The notes: generated from the letters alone by a model not told the origin. Positions 12,997 to 28,283 are shown, numbered from the stretch's first letter. The stretch is DNA of 64,000 nucleotides from Amoebidium appalachense (GCA_963693365.1 CAVNZM010000012.1:3348001-3412000), one strand, 5' to 3'. Made by a program: numbers and translations.

Positions 12997-13186
12997 TGCC
13001 AAATTTTGTGTCCCCGAGACGCATCAAAGTTTACAGTATCCCCCCCCTCCTCCCCCTCCATTTTGTTTTAGTCCTATGTCTTTATACCCCCTTGTTACTT
13101 GCAATACTTTTCTTTCTTCGAAACATCCCTCACTCCCCTCACCCCCTTCCCCCCCAAAACCATCACCACGGACGCTGCCAGTGTAA

Positions 13187-15530
<2,344 letters not shown>

Positions 15531-15861
15531 ACCCTCTCTTCTCTTATGTAGTATCGTAGGAACGCTTGACAAAGGTACTACACGGGTGTTGGTTGGATGA
15601 TGACAGTACATGTACCAGTGGGATTGATGCTGTTTACTCCAGGCAATGTACCAGTATGTCGATTGATTTAGCTAATATTAGATCTATGTTTAACTGTGTG
15701 TTGTTTTTTCTCCTTTTTGTATTTAAGGCCTGGCCGGCCTCATAAAATGCTATCTAATCTTACTCGAAATTGAGCTTTTTTTGGCCTTGAAGGCCGATCT
15801 TAATAAAGTACTGTGAATGTGTCCCCTGATGAGGGACTCTAGTCGATATATCTGCAAAACG

Positions 15862-15953
<92 letters not shown>

Positions 15954-16199
15954 AAAACAAACAAAAAAGAAAGAAAAAAAGAGCGAGAGAATCCTTGTTT
16001 CTCGTATGTTACCAGCACGTAAGCAAGTATTTTATTCATTCACAATACATTGTTAGATATGTGTAGTATATTATGGTGTTATTATTTTTTGGTTTACAAT
16101 ATGGTGTCCACGTTCCCAATATATCGTTATTGACGACCAACTACTATGGTAGTATAATGCTATGATGACAATTTGTGCATGCGTTACTTAATAAGCATC

Positions 16200-16532
16200 G
16201 GGTTTTTTCACTAACTACCCACAGAGTAGCTTTTAGCACGATAAATTCACCACAAATTATAAGGGGGGATGGTGAATGTGCCCTTGGAGTACGAGGGTCA
16301 CACGAAAAAAACACAACGTTGTAGCTCGTATAGAACCCCCCTTGTAGCATAGTATATGTCCATGTGTTACCTAGACATTTTTGGTTTTTTCAATAACTAC
16401 CCACAGAACAGCCTCTAGCACGAGAAATTTACCACAACGTTTATGGGGGGGATGGTGAATGTGCCCCTGGAGTACGAGGGTCACACGAAAAAAACACAAA
16501 CGTTGTAGCTCGAATAGAACCCCCCTCGTAGC
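16200..16532. repeat. 183-bp satellite, left part (about two units)
   Basis: Same unit as 21325-22240; ends where the LINE begins. Confidence 0.9.
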
Positions 16533-16595
16533 GCATCCACCCCTAAACCAGGCCATCCGTGGCCCTAAGGGCCGGGGAACACCCCCATCCATGTC

Positions 16596-17780
16596 ATGGC
16601 ACATGCCTATAATCGTTTCAGAACCTCTTTCAAAGTTCCATCTACACCCATCACACATGTGCGACCATTAAAACGTCCAGCAGATACACCTACCACAGAT
16701 GCACAACCAGAAAAACATCGCCTTAGACTAAGCGCAACACCTATTTACAATACACTACCCATTCAGAATAACACCACACCACTCCGTAGAAACACAATAA
16801 CAACCATGCCGAAACTTTCGGTTGATACAGTACTGGCAGAACTTGCCCTCGTTAAGAAACAGCTAAATGAGCTGTTACCACTCAAGAACATGATAGAAAA
16901 ACTCCAAACAGAAAATACCCAACTCAAGCTCACCATTGATTCACTCACAGCCCAGCTAAACATTAGTGGATCGCAAAACCCCAAAACTCATGAGCAAACA
17001 TCTCGCGACGGAGACATTTCCACCCCAACACAAAACAACACAGGACCGGAAGCACAGCTCCCGGCAGAGTTCCTAGAATATGCGAACTCTCGTAAAACAC
17101 CCGAGCTCCGCCAAATTGCCAAGGAAACATATGCCAGCATTCTTGCAGGCAACGAGTACCGCCGCAACTCCCCTCCCAAACCGCCGGCTAAGGGGAACAC
17201 CCAAGCAAACGGTAACATCAACATCCCACCCAAATACGAGAGGGTGTATTTCAAAGTCAAGCACGGCAGACGCCCACACAGGGCCATGTGGTCCATCTTC
17301 AAGGCTCTCGGCTTCCGGTGCTCTCGCATCCTTTGTCTGTCCTTCATTGGATACGATGTGCTGGAAGTAGCAGTACGGGGCGACTATAACCGTGCGTTCA
17401 TCCGTGACGCGACAAAGGGGTGTGGAAGCTTCTTCACCCACCTCCCAAGCTACGACCCATGCGCGCCGGAAAACATTCAGAAAGCAGACAAAGAACGTAA
17501 AGTGTCTGCTAAGAATGCGTGCGCCACACGTTGTCGTGTACGCATCAGCAAGGCAAAAGAGTTCCTCGCAAAGTTGGAAAACGATGCTACGAGCGTGATA
17601 GACACGGACACGAAGGAACCAATGTTTTCTGGTGAGAAACTGCTCGAGCGCAAACGCCGATGCGAGATGGAAATCGAGCTCTTCTGCGAACTGTTCGCGC
17701 TGGCGGAAGGTCGTGCATACGACCCCGTAAGCGACAAGTGGGAACCAACCCCACAGGTGTCGGACCAAACCGATGCCTAA
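16596..17780 (+). CDS. LINE ORF1 protein
   Basis: 394 aa with a coiled coil and a TYAS motif, directly upstream of the APE-RT ORF. Confidence 0.85.
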   Translation: MAHAYNRFRTSFKVPSTPITHVRPLKRPADTPTTDAQPEKHRLRLSATPIYNTLPIQNNTTPLRRNTITTMPKLSVDTVLAELALVKKQLNELLPLKNMIEKLQTENTQLKLTIDSLTAQLNISGSQNPKTHEQTSRDGDISTPTQNNTGPEAQLPAEFLEYANSRKTPELRQIAKETYASILAGNEYRRNSPPKPPAKGNTQANGNINIPPKYERVYFKVKHGRRPHRAMWSIFKALGFRCSRILCLSFIGYDVLEVAVRGDYNRAFIRDATKGCGSFFTHLPSYDPCAPENIQKADKERKVSAKNACATRCRVRISKAKEFLAKLENDATSVIDTDTKEPMFSGEKLLERKRRCEMEIELFCELFALAEGRAYDPVSDKWEPTPQVSDQTDA

Positions 17781-20700
17781 TTTATCCTTCTTCTTCTGGA
17801 ATGCTCGGACACTGGGCCCCCAAAAGGGCCTCCCCCCCGGGACACTCGACGATAAAATCAGCTACATACAACAACAGACAAACAACCACACGTTTACAGT
17901 GATTTGCGAAACACAGTTTAAAAACCACCACAAATTCAACTCTACATTGGTCGACACATCCACACACCCCGGTTACGCGAAAAACCGAGGCATTATTGTA
18001 CTTGCCGCACCACACGTGAGAGTGAAGTGCAAACCGGTAGCAAAAACGGAATTCTCGGTTTCTATAGAGTTTCTTTCTAATGTTTTTACTTTTGTATATT
18101 ACCCACCATCTATGTCGGTTGTCGAATTGACTCACGAGTTGTCACAGTTACCAATGTCCACTGTTATTTTAGGTGATTTTAACACGCGACTCCACCACAC
18201 AGACACACTGCAAGTGAGTGTCGGGTACCCATCTAAGCCCCCGGAGCGTGCTATCCCTTTAGCAAGGTATGTCCAAAGTCACACTTTGCGGTTCCCTCAA
18301 ATATCCCATGCCCACAACACCGACTGGGGAGTGGCCTTTTGGCCATCAACCATGTCAAAACTCTCTCTCCCTCCTAACCTCTCTAGGTCATCTGACCACT
18401 CTCCTATCCTTTTCCTACCTAAGATCTCCCTTGATCTGCTCCCCCCTCCCCCTCCCACCTTTCGCCTCCGTCTATCCCAGCTTAAGTCACAGTGGGGTAG
18501 AGTTGATGTATGTGTATGCTATGCTACGAAACACCCTATATATATGCGCCTATTAGAATCTGCACAAGCCAGGCCAGATTCACATCTCGTACTAGATACA
18601 TGCACTAACTTTATTGTTGATGATTTGATAGATCTCGGTGATTATGCTGGCGGTGGTAGGAAGGAATATCCCGATGCTCTCTTGTTACCAAACACCACTC
18701 CCGCTAGACTAGGTGAACCCCTGTCTCAAAAGGAAAGCTTGCGCCGGCTTGCTAGTATGAATCGATTTGGCCCCCCTGCTCGTATTATTGGTGATACCAC
18801 TGGAGACCCCCTCATAGACTCTGATAAGTATTTCTCGGAACTGTTTAAAGATAGGACCCCCGCTCAGAAACCTATTGTGTGGCCTGTAGACCCATCTATC
18901 CCCATAGAATCGATCCTCCCCTTTTTCAGTCCCGATGCCATATGGTCTGTGATATCTAGTTATAGCTCTAGTAAGTCTTGTGGACCTGATGGACTCCCTG
19001 CTGGGTTTCTTAAAATCCTTGTTCCCTCCTACCCACAAAAGGAAAGTGATCGTGCTATTAAACCTGATCTTACTATCATGTTAAGCTCTCTCTTTTCTTG
19101 GTGTGTTAAATGTGGACATGTCCCGTCATCTTGGTTAGATACCTTAGTGATCCCCATAGTTAAGAAGGACTCTGAGGGCCCCATATCATCCTTTCGCCCC
19201 ATTACACTAACCCAGGTTGTTCGTAGATTCTTTGAAGCTTGCTTACTTAGGTTATTTGCACATCACCCTAGGTTTCAATCTATTCTTCACATACACCCAT
19301 GCCAATCCGCTTTTCGTAAAAACAATTCATGTTATGTTCAAATAATGGCACTGCACGATTCTATGCAAGTTGGTGCACAATATGTTGGCTTTATTGATTG
19401 GAAAACTGCTTACGATTCTGTCTCCCCTGGTCTCCTATGGGAAAAGCTTGCTGCACGGGGTGTACCACACTGCATTGGTGTTCTGTTAGAAGCACTCTTG
19501 TCTCAAACCTATGGTAGAGCTGTGGTTAATGGGCATCTTTCATATGGTTTTGCTCGTACTAGAGGTCTCTTGCAGGGTTCATTGCTTAGCCCCTTTTTGT
19601 TTAACCTATTTATAGATGATTTGGCTGTCAAGATTTACGCCGAAAACGATGACCCTATTAATAACTTTCCGCCTGCACTTCTCTATGCTGATGATCTGTC
19701 CCTCCTTGCCCGTACCCCTAGACGCCTGCAAAGATTGTTCGATGTAGTGTCAGAGTGGTGCAAGGCAAACCTTATGATCCTTAACATAGACAAATGTGGT
19801 GTTCTTGTACCTGATATAGCTAACAATTTACACACATTTACATTATCATCTAAACCTGTACCTATAGTTCCAGAATACAAATATCTTGGTGTTCCGGTTG
19901 ATTCTGTTGGTGTTATGTTTCCCCATATGGTCGAAAAGAGGGTAGAGTTGGCTCGTAAGCGGTTAGCTTTCTTCTCGGCTAATATTTTTAAAGACACACC
20001 CCTCCATCCTTCTATTAGACTTACATTTATTCGCACTTTTGTCTTCCCGGCATGTGAATATGGTTTACCCCTTCTCGCCGCTTGGATCAAGAAAGAGAGA
20101 ACTAGAGCGCTTAAACCCTTGGCAAATTTCCTTGAAGCAGAAGTTGCCTCCTTTCTATCTAACAACTGTTGTAAACCTGGGCCTGTAACGCTCTCGATAT
20201 ATGGTCTGGTCCCAATAGCTGCTAGAGTATCCTATCTCGCGCTGAAATTCAATAAGCACATAAGCCGCTTAAAGAAGTATTTGCCCTCCCACCCTCTCTT
20301 CTCTATCCGACCTGTCCCCTCCTCACCTCTCCCCTCTTTCCTCCCCTCTCTCTCCCCTTCTCCCCTGGGCACAAATACAAATAAACCCCGCAATAGTGTG
20401 TGTGTGACTTTGGACTGCCACTTACTTATTAAACATGTACACAATCACAAGATAATCACGCAATATAACAAATGGAAAAAGATACCACACGACACTAGAC
20501 CCGATGAAAGCATACACCTTGAAAAACTAAGCCTTATGTCTCGTTTTATATATACTGACCGCCTCAACCATATTGCCAAATATGGCACTCGCAAGTGTAT
20601 AACACCTAAATACATATTACCTTCCTGTAGAACTGGTCTTTCTCTAGCTGATGGTATTATTGATCAATTACCACGCTTTTACTGTACACGTGCTATACAG

Positions 20701-20979
20701 TGGAGATCTAATAAGTATAAGGTGGCATCATTTGCATGCCCAAACAACAGTGTCACACACACACACCAGTTTAACCGGTCATGTATCGCCAAATGTAGTT
20801 TGATAGACCACATAATACCGCAACACACACACGTCACATTCACAACAGACACCCAGAAAGATACTATTAGCCTACCTGTAAATTACAACATCCTTGATTT
20901 TATACTAAACACGCGTAACTACGACCTGTTTATTAGATGTATTGATTGGCTTGAGAAACACATCACTACAAAATTATAG
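17773..20979 (+). CDS. LINE ORF2: apurinic endonuclease + reverse transcriptase
   Basis: APE motifs FWNART, ICET, ILGDFN and SDH. RT motifs GPDG, FRPITL, QSAFR, IDWKTAYDSV, QGSLLSPFLF, YADD and YKYLG. Confidence 0.96.
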   Translation: MPNLSFFFWNARTLGPQKGLPPGTLDDKISYIQQQTNNHTFTVICETQFKNHHKFNSTLVDTSTHPGYAKNRGIIVLAAPHVRVKCKPVAKTEFSVSIEFLSNVFTFVYYPPSMSVVELTHELSQLPMSTVILGDFNTRLHHTDTLQVSVGYPSKPPERAIPLARYVQSHTLRFPQISHAHNTDWGVAFWPSTMSKLSLPPNLSRSSDHSPILFLPKISLDLLPPPPPTFRLRLSQLKSQWGRVDVCVCYATKHPIYMRLLESAQARPDSHLVLDTCTNFIVDDLIDLGDYAGGGRKEYPDALLLPNTTPARLGEPLSQKESLRRLASMNRFGPPARIIGDTTGDPLIDSDKYFSELFKDRTPAQKPIVWPVDPSIPIESILPFFSPDAIWSVISSYSSSKSCGPDGLPAGFLKILVPSYPQKESDRAIKPDLTIMLSSLFSWCVKCGHVPSSWLDTLVIPIVKKDSEGPISSFRPITLTQVVRRFFEACLLRLFAHHPRFQSILHIHPCQSAFRKNNSCYVQIMALHDSMQVGAQYVGFIDWKTAYDSVSPGLLWEKLAARGVPHCIGVLLEALLSQTYGRAVVNGHLSYGFARTRGLLQGSLLSPFLFNLFIDDLAVKIYAENDDPINNFPPALLYADDLSLLARTPRRLQRLFDVVSEWCKANLMILNIDKCGVLVPDIANNLHTFTLSSKPVPIVPEYKYLGVPVDSVGVMFPHMVEKRVELARKRLAFFSANIFKDTPLHPSIRLTFIRTFVFPACEYGLPLLAAWIKKERTRALKPLANFLEAEVASFLSNNCCKPGPVTLSIYGLVPIAARVSYLALKFNKHISRLKKYLPSHPLFSIRPVPSSPLPSFLPSLSPSPLGTNTNKPRNSVCVTLDCHLLIKHVHNHKIITQYNKWKKIPHDTRPDESIHLEKLSLMSRFIYTDRLNHIAKYGTRKCITPKYILPSCRTGLSLADGIIDQLPRFYCTRAIQWRSNKYKVASFACPNNSVTHTHQFNRSCIAKCSLIDHIIPQHTHVTFTTDTQKDTISLPVNYNILDFILNTRNYDLFIRCIDWLEKHITTKL

Positions 20980-20999
20980 CGCACGCGCGCACACACACA

Positions 21000-21052
<53 letters not shown>

Positions 21053-21084
21053 CCAGCTGATACCGAGTGTCCCGAGGGGAGCCC

Positions 21085-21126
<42 letters not shown>

Positions 21127-21324
21127 GGGGAACCCCAACTAATTGATTTCTCCTTGTAGTCTTTATGGTGTCTCGTAGAGAAAGTAAACCCTGATATATA
21201 GTCACCACCCGACATCTATGTACGTGATCATGATATACCGCTGAGGGGATATTCCGAGCAAAACCCCCCCCCCCATACCTGAGACTGGTTCTCTTTGCCT
21301 CGAGTAAACAGCGTAAACCCCCTA

Positions 21325-22240
21325 TAGTATATGTCCATGTGTTACCTACACAGTTTTGGTTTTTTCAATAACTACCCACAGAACAGCTTCTAGCACGAGA
21401 AATTTACCACAACGTTTATGGGGGGGATGGTGAATGTGCCCCTGGAGTACGAGGGTCACACGAAAAAAACACAACGTTGTAGCTCGAATAGAACCCCCCT
21501 TGTAGCATAGTATATGTCCATGTGTTACCTACACAGTTTTGGTGTTTACAATAACTACCCACAGAGCAGCTTCTAGCACGAGAAATTTACCACAACGTTT
21601 ATGGGGGGGATGGCGAATGTGCCCCTGGAGTACGAGGGTCACACGAAAAAAACACAACGTTGTAGCTCGTATAGAACCCCCCTTGTAGCATAGTATATGT
21701 ACATGTGTTACCTAGACATTATTGGTTTTTTCAATAACTACCCACAGAACAGCTTCTAGCACGAGAAATTTACCACAACGTTTATGGGGGGGATGGTGAA
21801 TGTGCCCCTGGAGTACGAGGGTCACACGAAAAAAACACAACGTTGTAGCTCGTATAGAACCCCCCTTGTAGCATAATATATGTACATGTGTTACTTACGC
21901 ATTATTGGTTTTTTCAATAACTACCCACAGAACAGCTTCTAGCACGAGAACTTTACCACAATGTTTATGGGGGGGATGGTGAATGTGTCCCTGGAGTACG
22001 AGGGTCACACGAAAAAACCACAACGTTGTAGCTTGTATAGAACCCCCCTTGTAGCATTGTATATGTACAAGTGTTACCTAGACATTATTGGTTTTTTCAA
22101 TAACTACCCACAGAACAGCTTCTAGCACGAGAAATTTACCACAAAGTTTATGGGGGGGATGGTGAATATGCCTCTGGAGTACGAGGGTCACACGAAAAAA
22201 ACACATCATTGTAGCCCGGATTGAAACCCCCCTTGTACCA
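21325..22240. repeat. 183-bp satellite, five tandem units
   Basis: Unit starts at 21325, 21508, 21691, 21874 and 22057; a degenerate sixth unit follows. Confidence 0.95.
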
Positions 22241-22529
22241 TATATATCATATATCATGCGGCATGTGTTACTTTCGCGTTATTGGTTTCCTAGCACGAGA
22301 TATTCAGCACACAGTTGGGGTTGTGGGGGCAGTGTACACCTACAATATCAGGGGTACCGCGCGGCAAAAACACCCCCCCGGGGGGGGGGGGGGGGGGGGG
22401 GGTCCCGCGTGCGATGGTGCACTAATTATTACGTTAACTAGGCAGCCTGAGGGTATAGCATCAACGTTATTATATGTGCTGCTGAGTTTCTTTGGTTGTA
22501 CACCCGTCACCAGTCAATTTATTGGTGTT

Positions 22530-25500
22530 GGCGCCCACCTGTGACACCACCTCGGAAGACTGGGGTCACATAGACGGCCTGACGGTGGATGAGCTGGGTG
22601 CAGCCGTGGATGCCCTCAACACGGCCATTGCCGAGCAGCCCGAGTCAGTGACCCGCCTGCGGCTGGTGGTGGTGGACATGGACAGCAAGGGCAGGGTGCT
22701 ACGCCGGTACGGGGACCTGAGCACGGCCCTACCCCCCTCCAAGCTGTGCACCATGTACTTGGCCCACTCCCAGAAGCTGGGGCACTTCACGGCCATCACC
22801 TCGAGTGTCAGCACGGCCATCGAGCGCCTGCGGCACGACAACCACACGGGGGAGGCACGTCGGAGCCTCAGCACCTGCTTCCACTGCAACCAGACCGTGC
22901 AAGCCAAGAACATGGGGGTGCACCGTTGTGTGAACCGGTGTGAGAACTGTGGATCAAAGGGGGACCGCAACGACCAGGCCAACGCCTGTGTGTGGACCCC
23001 CGAGCGCCGTCTGCAGCTTGCACCGTGGGGCAGGGGAGGAGGCATGGCCTTACCGTTGTGACGACTGCTGTGGTCTCTTCCCTTCAGCCAAGTGCATGGC
23101 CAACCACAGCACCAGGCTCAAGGGGGTGGGTGTTGGAGTGCAGACTTACGCTCACTCCACAATATGTGTATGTTAGCTTTACAATTGGTTCCGTGTACAC
23201 AGACACACGCTGACACTCGATCACCACATGCACATCTGCATAGTTGAGGAATGTTGCCAATTGTGTTTTGACTGCAAACGATTGGTTCACTGGTCCCAGA
23301 GATCTCTAAATGAAAGTAACCAATCCGATTAGCACCTGGCATCCGGATTACATTCCAGACTGCTGCCCCACGGGTATATAAGCCACGTCTCTGCCAGGTG
23401 CAGACATGGAGTTAAGTCATGGAGTTAAGTCATGGAGTTCAGTCATGGAGTTCAGTCATGGAGTTCAGTCATGGAGTTCAGACATGGAGTTCAGTCATGG
23501 AGTTCAGTCATGGAGTTCAGTCATGGAGTTCAGTCATGGAGTTCAGTCATGGAGTTAACACACTGAAAGCAGTAAAAAACGGGTCAGCGCCCAAGCGCGC
23601 CACGACGACCCTAGTCACAGCGGACTCTACTTCCAACAGGGTTATGGGCCCAGACACGACACCGCGGCCTCTAACTTCACGTCCCCTACGACGCCTTGAA
23701 CGGAGGAGCCAGAAACCGACTTCTAGGCTGTACCCTACACCCGCGAGCGTATTTCCGTGAAGTAGAGACTTTCGCTTCCACAAACTCCATCCGCAGCAGC
23801 CTGCGACATCAATGTGAACGTCAAGTATTCCACTTCATTGGCGGGGCACGCACCACAGTGGAATGCACACCCCGGTCTACCCTGCAAGCAGCCACACTCA
23901 CTCTCTCTTCTCTAGTGGTGTGTACACTTCTCCAATTGGGTAGGGGTGTTGGAGTGCAGACTTACGCTCACTCCACAATATGTGTATGTTAGCTTTACAA
24001 TTGGTTCCGTGTACACAGACACACGCTGACACTCGATCACCACATGCACATCTGCATAGTTGAGGAATGTTGCCAATTGTGTTTTGACTGCAAACGATTG
24101 GTTCACTGGTCCCAGAGATCTCTAAATGAAAGTAACCAATCCGATTAGCACCTGGCATCCGGATTACATTCCAGACTGCTGCCCCACGGGTATATAAGCC
24201 ACGTCTCTGCCAGGTGCAGAAATGGAGTTCAGTCATGGAGTTCAGTCATGGAGTTGAGTCATGGAGTAAAGACATGGAGTTCAGTCATGGAGTTAACACA
24301 CTGAAAGCAGTAAAAAAACGGGTCAGCGCCCAAGCGCGCCACGACGAGGGCCTAGTCACAGCGGACTCTACTTCCAACAGTGGGGGCCAGGGCCGACGGC
24401 CGGCAACAATCCTTCTGTGACACCGTGTTCTGGTGCCGGCTGGCCACGTGCACCCACGGTCTGCAGGGACCGTACCGGGTGTTTGGCAGTGGGGATGATG
24501 CCCGTAGGGTGTGTGTGTCGGGCAACCCTGCCGGCCGGTTCCTCTACAAGTTCAAGTACGCCAGCGTGTGCCGGCTACGTCGGTTGCACACCGCCCAGGA
24601 GCAAGGGGGGTACGATGCAGGTGCAGATGCGGGAGCCAACGACGAGGGGGAGGACTGGGCCTGGGGCACGGACACGGAGGAGGACTCGGATGCCGAGGAT
24701 GCCGACTCAGACCCCCCACCCGGCCTTGCCGACTCGTCGGACGACGAAGGTGACGATGATGACAACGGCGATGGCATCGACCTCATGCAGATGTCTGAGG
24801 GGGAGGGGGATGACGGGGGTGAGCACGGGGGCAAGAAGAAGGACGACACGTGGACACAGCACCTGTGCACCGACTACGACTGCAAGGGCTGTGGGGGGTA
24901 CATGCCCGGCAACCACACGTGCCTCATACGCAGCAAGCGTGACCAGCGACGTGTGTACATGTGCACGCACACGGATGCAGACGGCACGGCGTGCGACAGG
25001 GTGGCGTGCTACTCCAACGAGCATGGGCAGGGGGAGGAGGGGGAGGAGGGGGAGGGGGAGGGGGGAGAGTCACCTGCACGGCAGAGGGCCAGGGTGGATG
25101 GTGCCGACGGCAGGGTGGGTGCACACGTGTGCAAACGGCACGTGCCCGACGACGATGGCAGCAGGGGGCCGTGGAAGCAGACCCGGCAGCCCATTAGGGA
25201 CATCGTGCTGGACTTCGAGACCATGCCCGTGCCTGCCCCCGACCACACGGCCGAAAACCCCCCACTTCATCCACATCGTGTACCACGCCGTGGCCATGTA
25301 CGTCGAGCCAATAGACGGCCAGCCCTCAACCCCCATCGTCTTCTGGCCGGAGGACTCGGCCGACGGCAAGAACGGGTGGGATGTGCTGATGGAGGACCAC
25401 CACCACGTGATTGACAAGGTGGTGGCATGGCTGTTCGACACACCAGCCCATGCCGGCGGCCGGGTGTACTGCCACAACGGCAGCGGCTTTGACTTCCACT

Positions 25501-28283
25501 TTGTGACCAAGAGGGTGGTGGGCAGCCAGGACTACGTGTACGTGCCCATCATGGCCAACAGCAAGATCAAGTCCTGCCGTATACGCCACTACGTCAAGAA
25601 TGCTGGTGCACCAGCAGCCCCCGTGCCCATGCGGGTGGATGGTGATGGTGATGGTGATGGTGCCGATGGCCATGGCCATGGCCACGATGGCAATGGCCAT
25701 GGTGATGGCCATGGTGATGGCCATGGTGATGTGCAGCAGCAGGCAGCAGCAGCAGCAGCAGCAGGCACCGGCCGGAAGAGGAGGCACGGGGGGCAGAGGG
25801 GGGACGGCAGCCGCACGACGGTGGTGGAGCTGACGTTCGTGGACACCCTCAACTTCCTCACCATGTCGCTGTCGGACGCCGGCAAGGCCATGGGGTGCCA
25901 GGAGACGAAGGGCCACTTCCCCCACCGTGCAGCCACCTTTGCCAACTTCAAGGCCGGCCACATCCCCTTCCCCGGGCCCGAGGACTTTGGGGCCCAGGAC
26001 ATGAAGCCCAAGCAGCATGCTGCCTTCATGCAGTGGTGGCGGGAGGAGCAGGCACGGCTGCAGGGGCAGGCACCGGCGGGCACGTGCTACGACATTGCCC
26101 AGCAGTGTGAGGACTACTGTGTCAAGGATGTGGTGCTGCTGCAGCAGGTGGTCAAGGCCTTCATGTCGAAACTCATCGAGCTGACGGGCATCGACCCCTT
26201 CACGTGCGTCACCCTTGCTTCCCTCGCCATGCACTTCTGGATCACGCAGGCCATGCCCAAGGACGTGGCCGTGATGCGTGACCAGACCATGGGCAACGTG
26301 AACAGCAGCAAGAAGGAGCAGCAGTACATCGACTACGTCACCCACGGCCTGGGGGTGGGGCCAGACGACGTTGCACGGCACGTGGCCACCGGGTACGACC
26401 CCCACGGCAGGGCCACGGCCGATGCCAAGGCCACCCACGACGACGGCACATGCACCCACTACTTCTTCCACGGGTGTGTGTTCCATGGGTGCCCCGACTG
26501 CAACAGGCACGAGGATCTGACGATGAGGGTGGTGAAGAGGCCGGCCAGGGAGGCCTACGACAGCACCATGGCCCACGAGAGGTACATCCGTGCCCAGGGG
26601 CACAAGGTGCAGAGCATGTGGGAGTGCAGGTGGGACAGGCTGAGGCAGAGCCCCGAGGTCAAGGCTGCCCTTGCAGCACAGGCGGCACGGAGGGAGGGCA
26701 CCGGCAGGGTGGCCCCCGTGCCCACGGGCCCGGTGCAGTTCCGTGATGCCTTCTTTGGTGGCCGTACGGAGGTCATCACCCGTCACATCGAGGTCAAGGA
26801 GGAGGACTGGCCGGAGGCCGGGCTCAAGTACGTCGACGTCACCTCCCTCTACCCGTACGTGATGATTGACAAGTACATGCCGGTGGGCAAGTCACAGTGG
26901 TTCACGTCACTGCCCATCAAGACGGAGGACCACCCCACGGCCATCGTCACGGATGCCCAGGTGCTGAAGGAGAGGCTCGACAGGACGTGCCGTATGACCC
27001 CCGGCTCCCCCCAGGCCAGGACCAAGGGGTACTTTGGTGTTGCACGTGTGAGGGTGCTCCCCCCCAGGGACCTGTTCATCCCCGTGCTGCCTGTGCGTAT
27101 GACGGGTGCCCAGGGGTACGACAAGCTGGGCTTTGTGCTGTGCCGGGCCTGCAGCAGCAAGGAGGAGGCCCGGGCCACCTGCATGGACGAGGACGGCAAC
27201 CCCAGGGTACGTGAGCACACACTGTGCACACACACGGACGAGGAGAGGGCACTGGTGGGCACGTGGACGACGGAGGAGCTGAAGGTGGCCGTGCGTGATG
27301 GGTACACCATCCTCGACGTGTACGACGTGGTGCACTTCAAGAAACGCACCAAGAACCTCTTCCGGAAGTACGTGCAGACGTTCCTGAAGGTGAAGCTCAC
27401 CAGCACCACCGTAGATCCGGCCGACATCCCCGCCCTCGTGCACCTGTTCAAGGAACCTTACGGCATCACGGTGGCCGCCCACGAGTTCGAGCCCAACCCG
27501 GCCCTGCGTACCATCAGCAACCTGTTTCTGAACAGCCTCTGGGGCAAGCTGGTGCAGAGGGCAGGGCTGGACACCATCGAGCTTGTCGACGACGTCGACA
27601 GGCTGAGGCTGCTGGTGACGAACCCCAACCTGCTGGTGCTCGACGTCGAGCCCATCGGCGAGCAGAGGGTGGCCATCAAGTACCGGCCCAAGAAGGAGAC
27701 GGCCCCACCCCCCTCCTACGCCAACATTGCCATCGGCACGTTCGTGACGGCCCATGCCCGGCTGCACCTCTACGGGGCCCTCCGGTCCCTCTCCCCCCAG
27801 CAGGTGGTGTACATGGACACCGACTCCATCGTCTACCACTACGACAGCAGGGTGCCCCACCTCAGCCACAACATCGACTCCACCAACGGGGACTTGCTGG
27901 GCAACTGGAAGAACGAGACGTCGACACCCATCGTCGAGTTTGTGGGGGTGGCCCCCAAGACGTATGCCTACCGCACCCAGGACGGCAAGACCGACATGAA
28001 GGTCAAGGGCATCACCCTGTCCCGCCGGGCGGCCGACATGGTGAACCTCCCCAGCCTGCGCATGCTGGTGCACGGCGAGCTGCCGAGTGTGAGCGTCACC
28101 AACCACCGGCTGCTGCGGGAGCCCGTGCCCGGGGTCCCCCACAACTACCACCTGGCCAGCAAGGACCAGCGCAAGACACAGTCGGGGGCGTTCGACAAGA
28201 GGGGGGTGTTCGAGGCGGCCGACGGCAGTGTACGCAGCTACCCCATCGGGTGGGCGGCACCGGAGGGGAACCTGCAGTTTTGA
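22530..28283 (+). CDS. polB: Protein-primed family B DNA polymerase; 5'-truncated, split by an LTR insertion (23131-24379), with frameshifts at ~23050 and ~25260
   Basis: Cys-rich N-terminus. Exonuclease motifs LDFET, HNGSGFDFHF and YCVKDV. Vsr-like insert FHGCVFHGCP. Polymerase motifs FFGGRTE, YVDVTSLYP, NSLWGK, YMDTDS and PKTY. Confidence 0.95.
23131..24379 (+). mobile_element. Non-autonomous Copia-type LTR element (TRIM-like) inserted in polB
   Basis: LTRs 23131-23638 and 23947-24379 with TGTTGGA...TCCAACA ends. TSD GTGGG. PBS GGTTATGGGCCC. Purine tract before the 3' LTR. 308-bp non-coding interior. 13-bp catggagttcagt array inside the LTRs. Confidence 0.93.

Larger units (their letters stand above)
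16533..21125 (+). mobile_element. Full-length LINE (APE-type non-LTR retrotransposon)
   Basis: Intact ORF1 and ORF2 overlapping by 8 nt, (CA)n in the 3' UTR, poly-A tail at 21089-21125. No clear TSD seen. Confidence 0.9.

Noticed and set aside
21325-22240. CRISPR-like array
   Set aside because: Whole 183-bp units repeat with no unique spacers, there are no cas genes, and the context is eukaryotic.
23406-23558. 13-bp repeat array as a CRISPR or coding repeat
   Set aside because: It is a spacerless minisatellite inside an LTR.
24417-25255. N-terminal ~280 aa of the 1288-aa ORF as the true PolB start
   Set aside because: The Exo I motif (LDFET) and Cys-rich domain are in the 24380 frame; the listed N-terminus is an off-frame extension.
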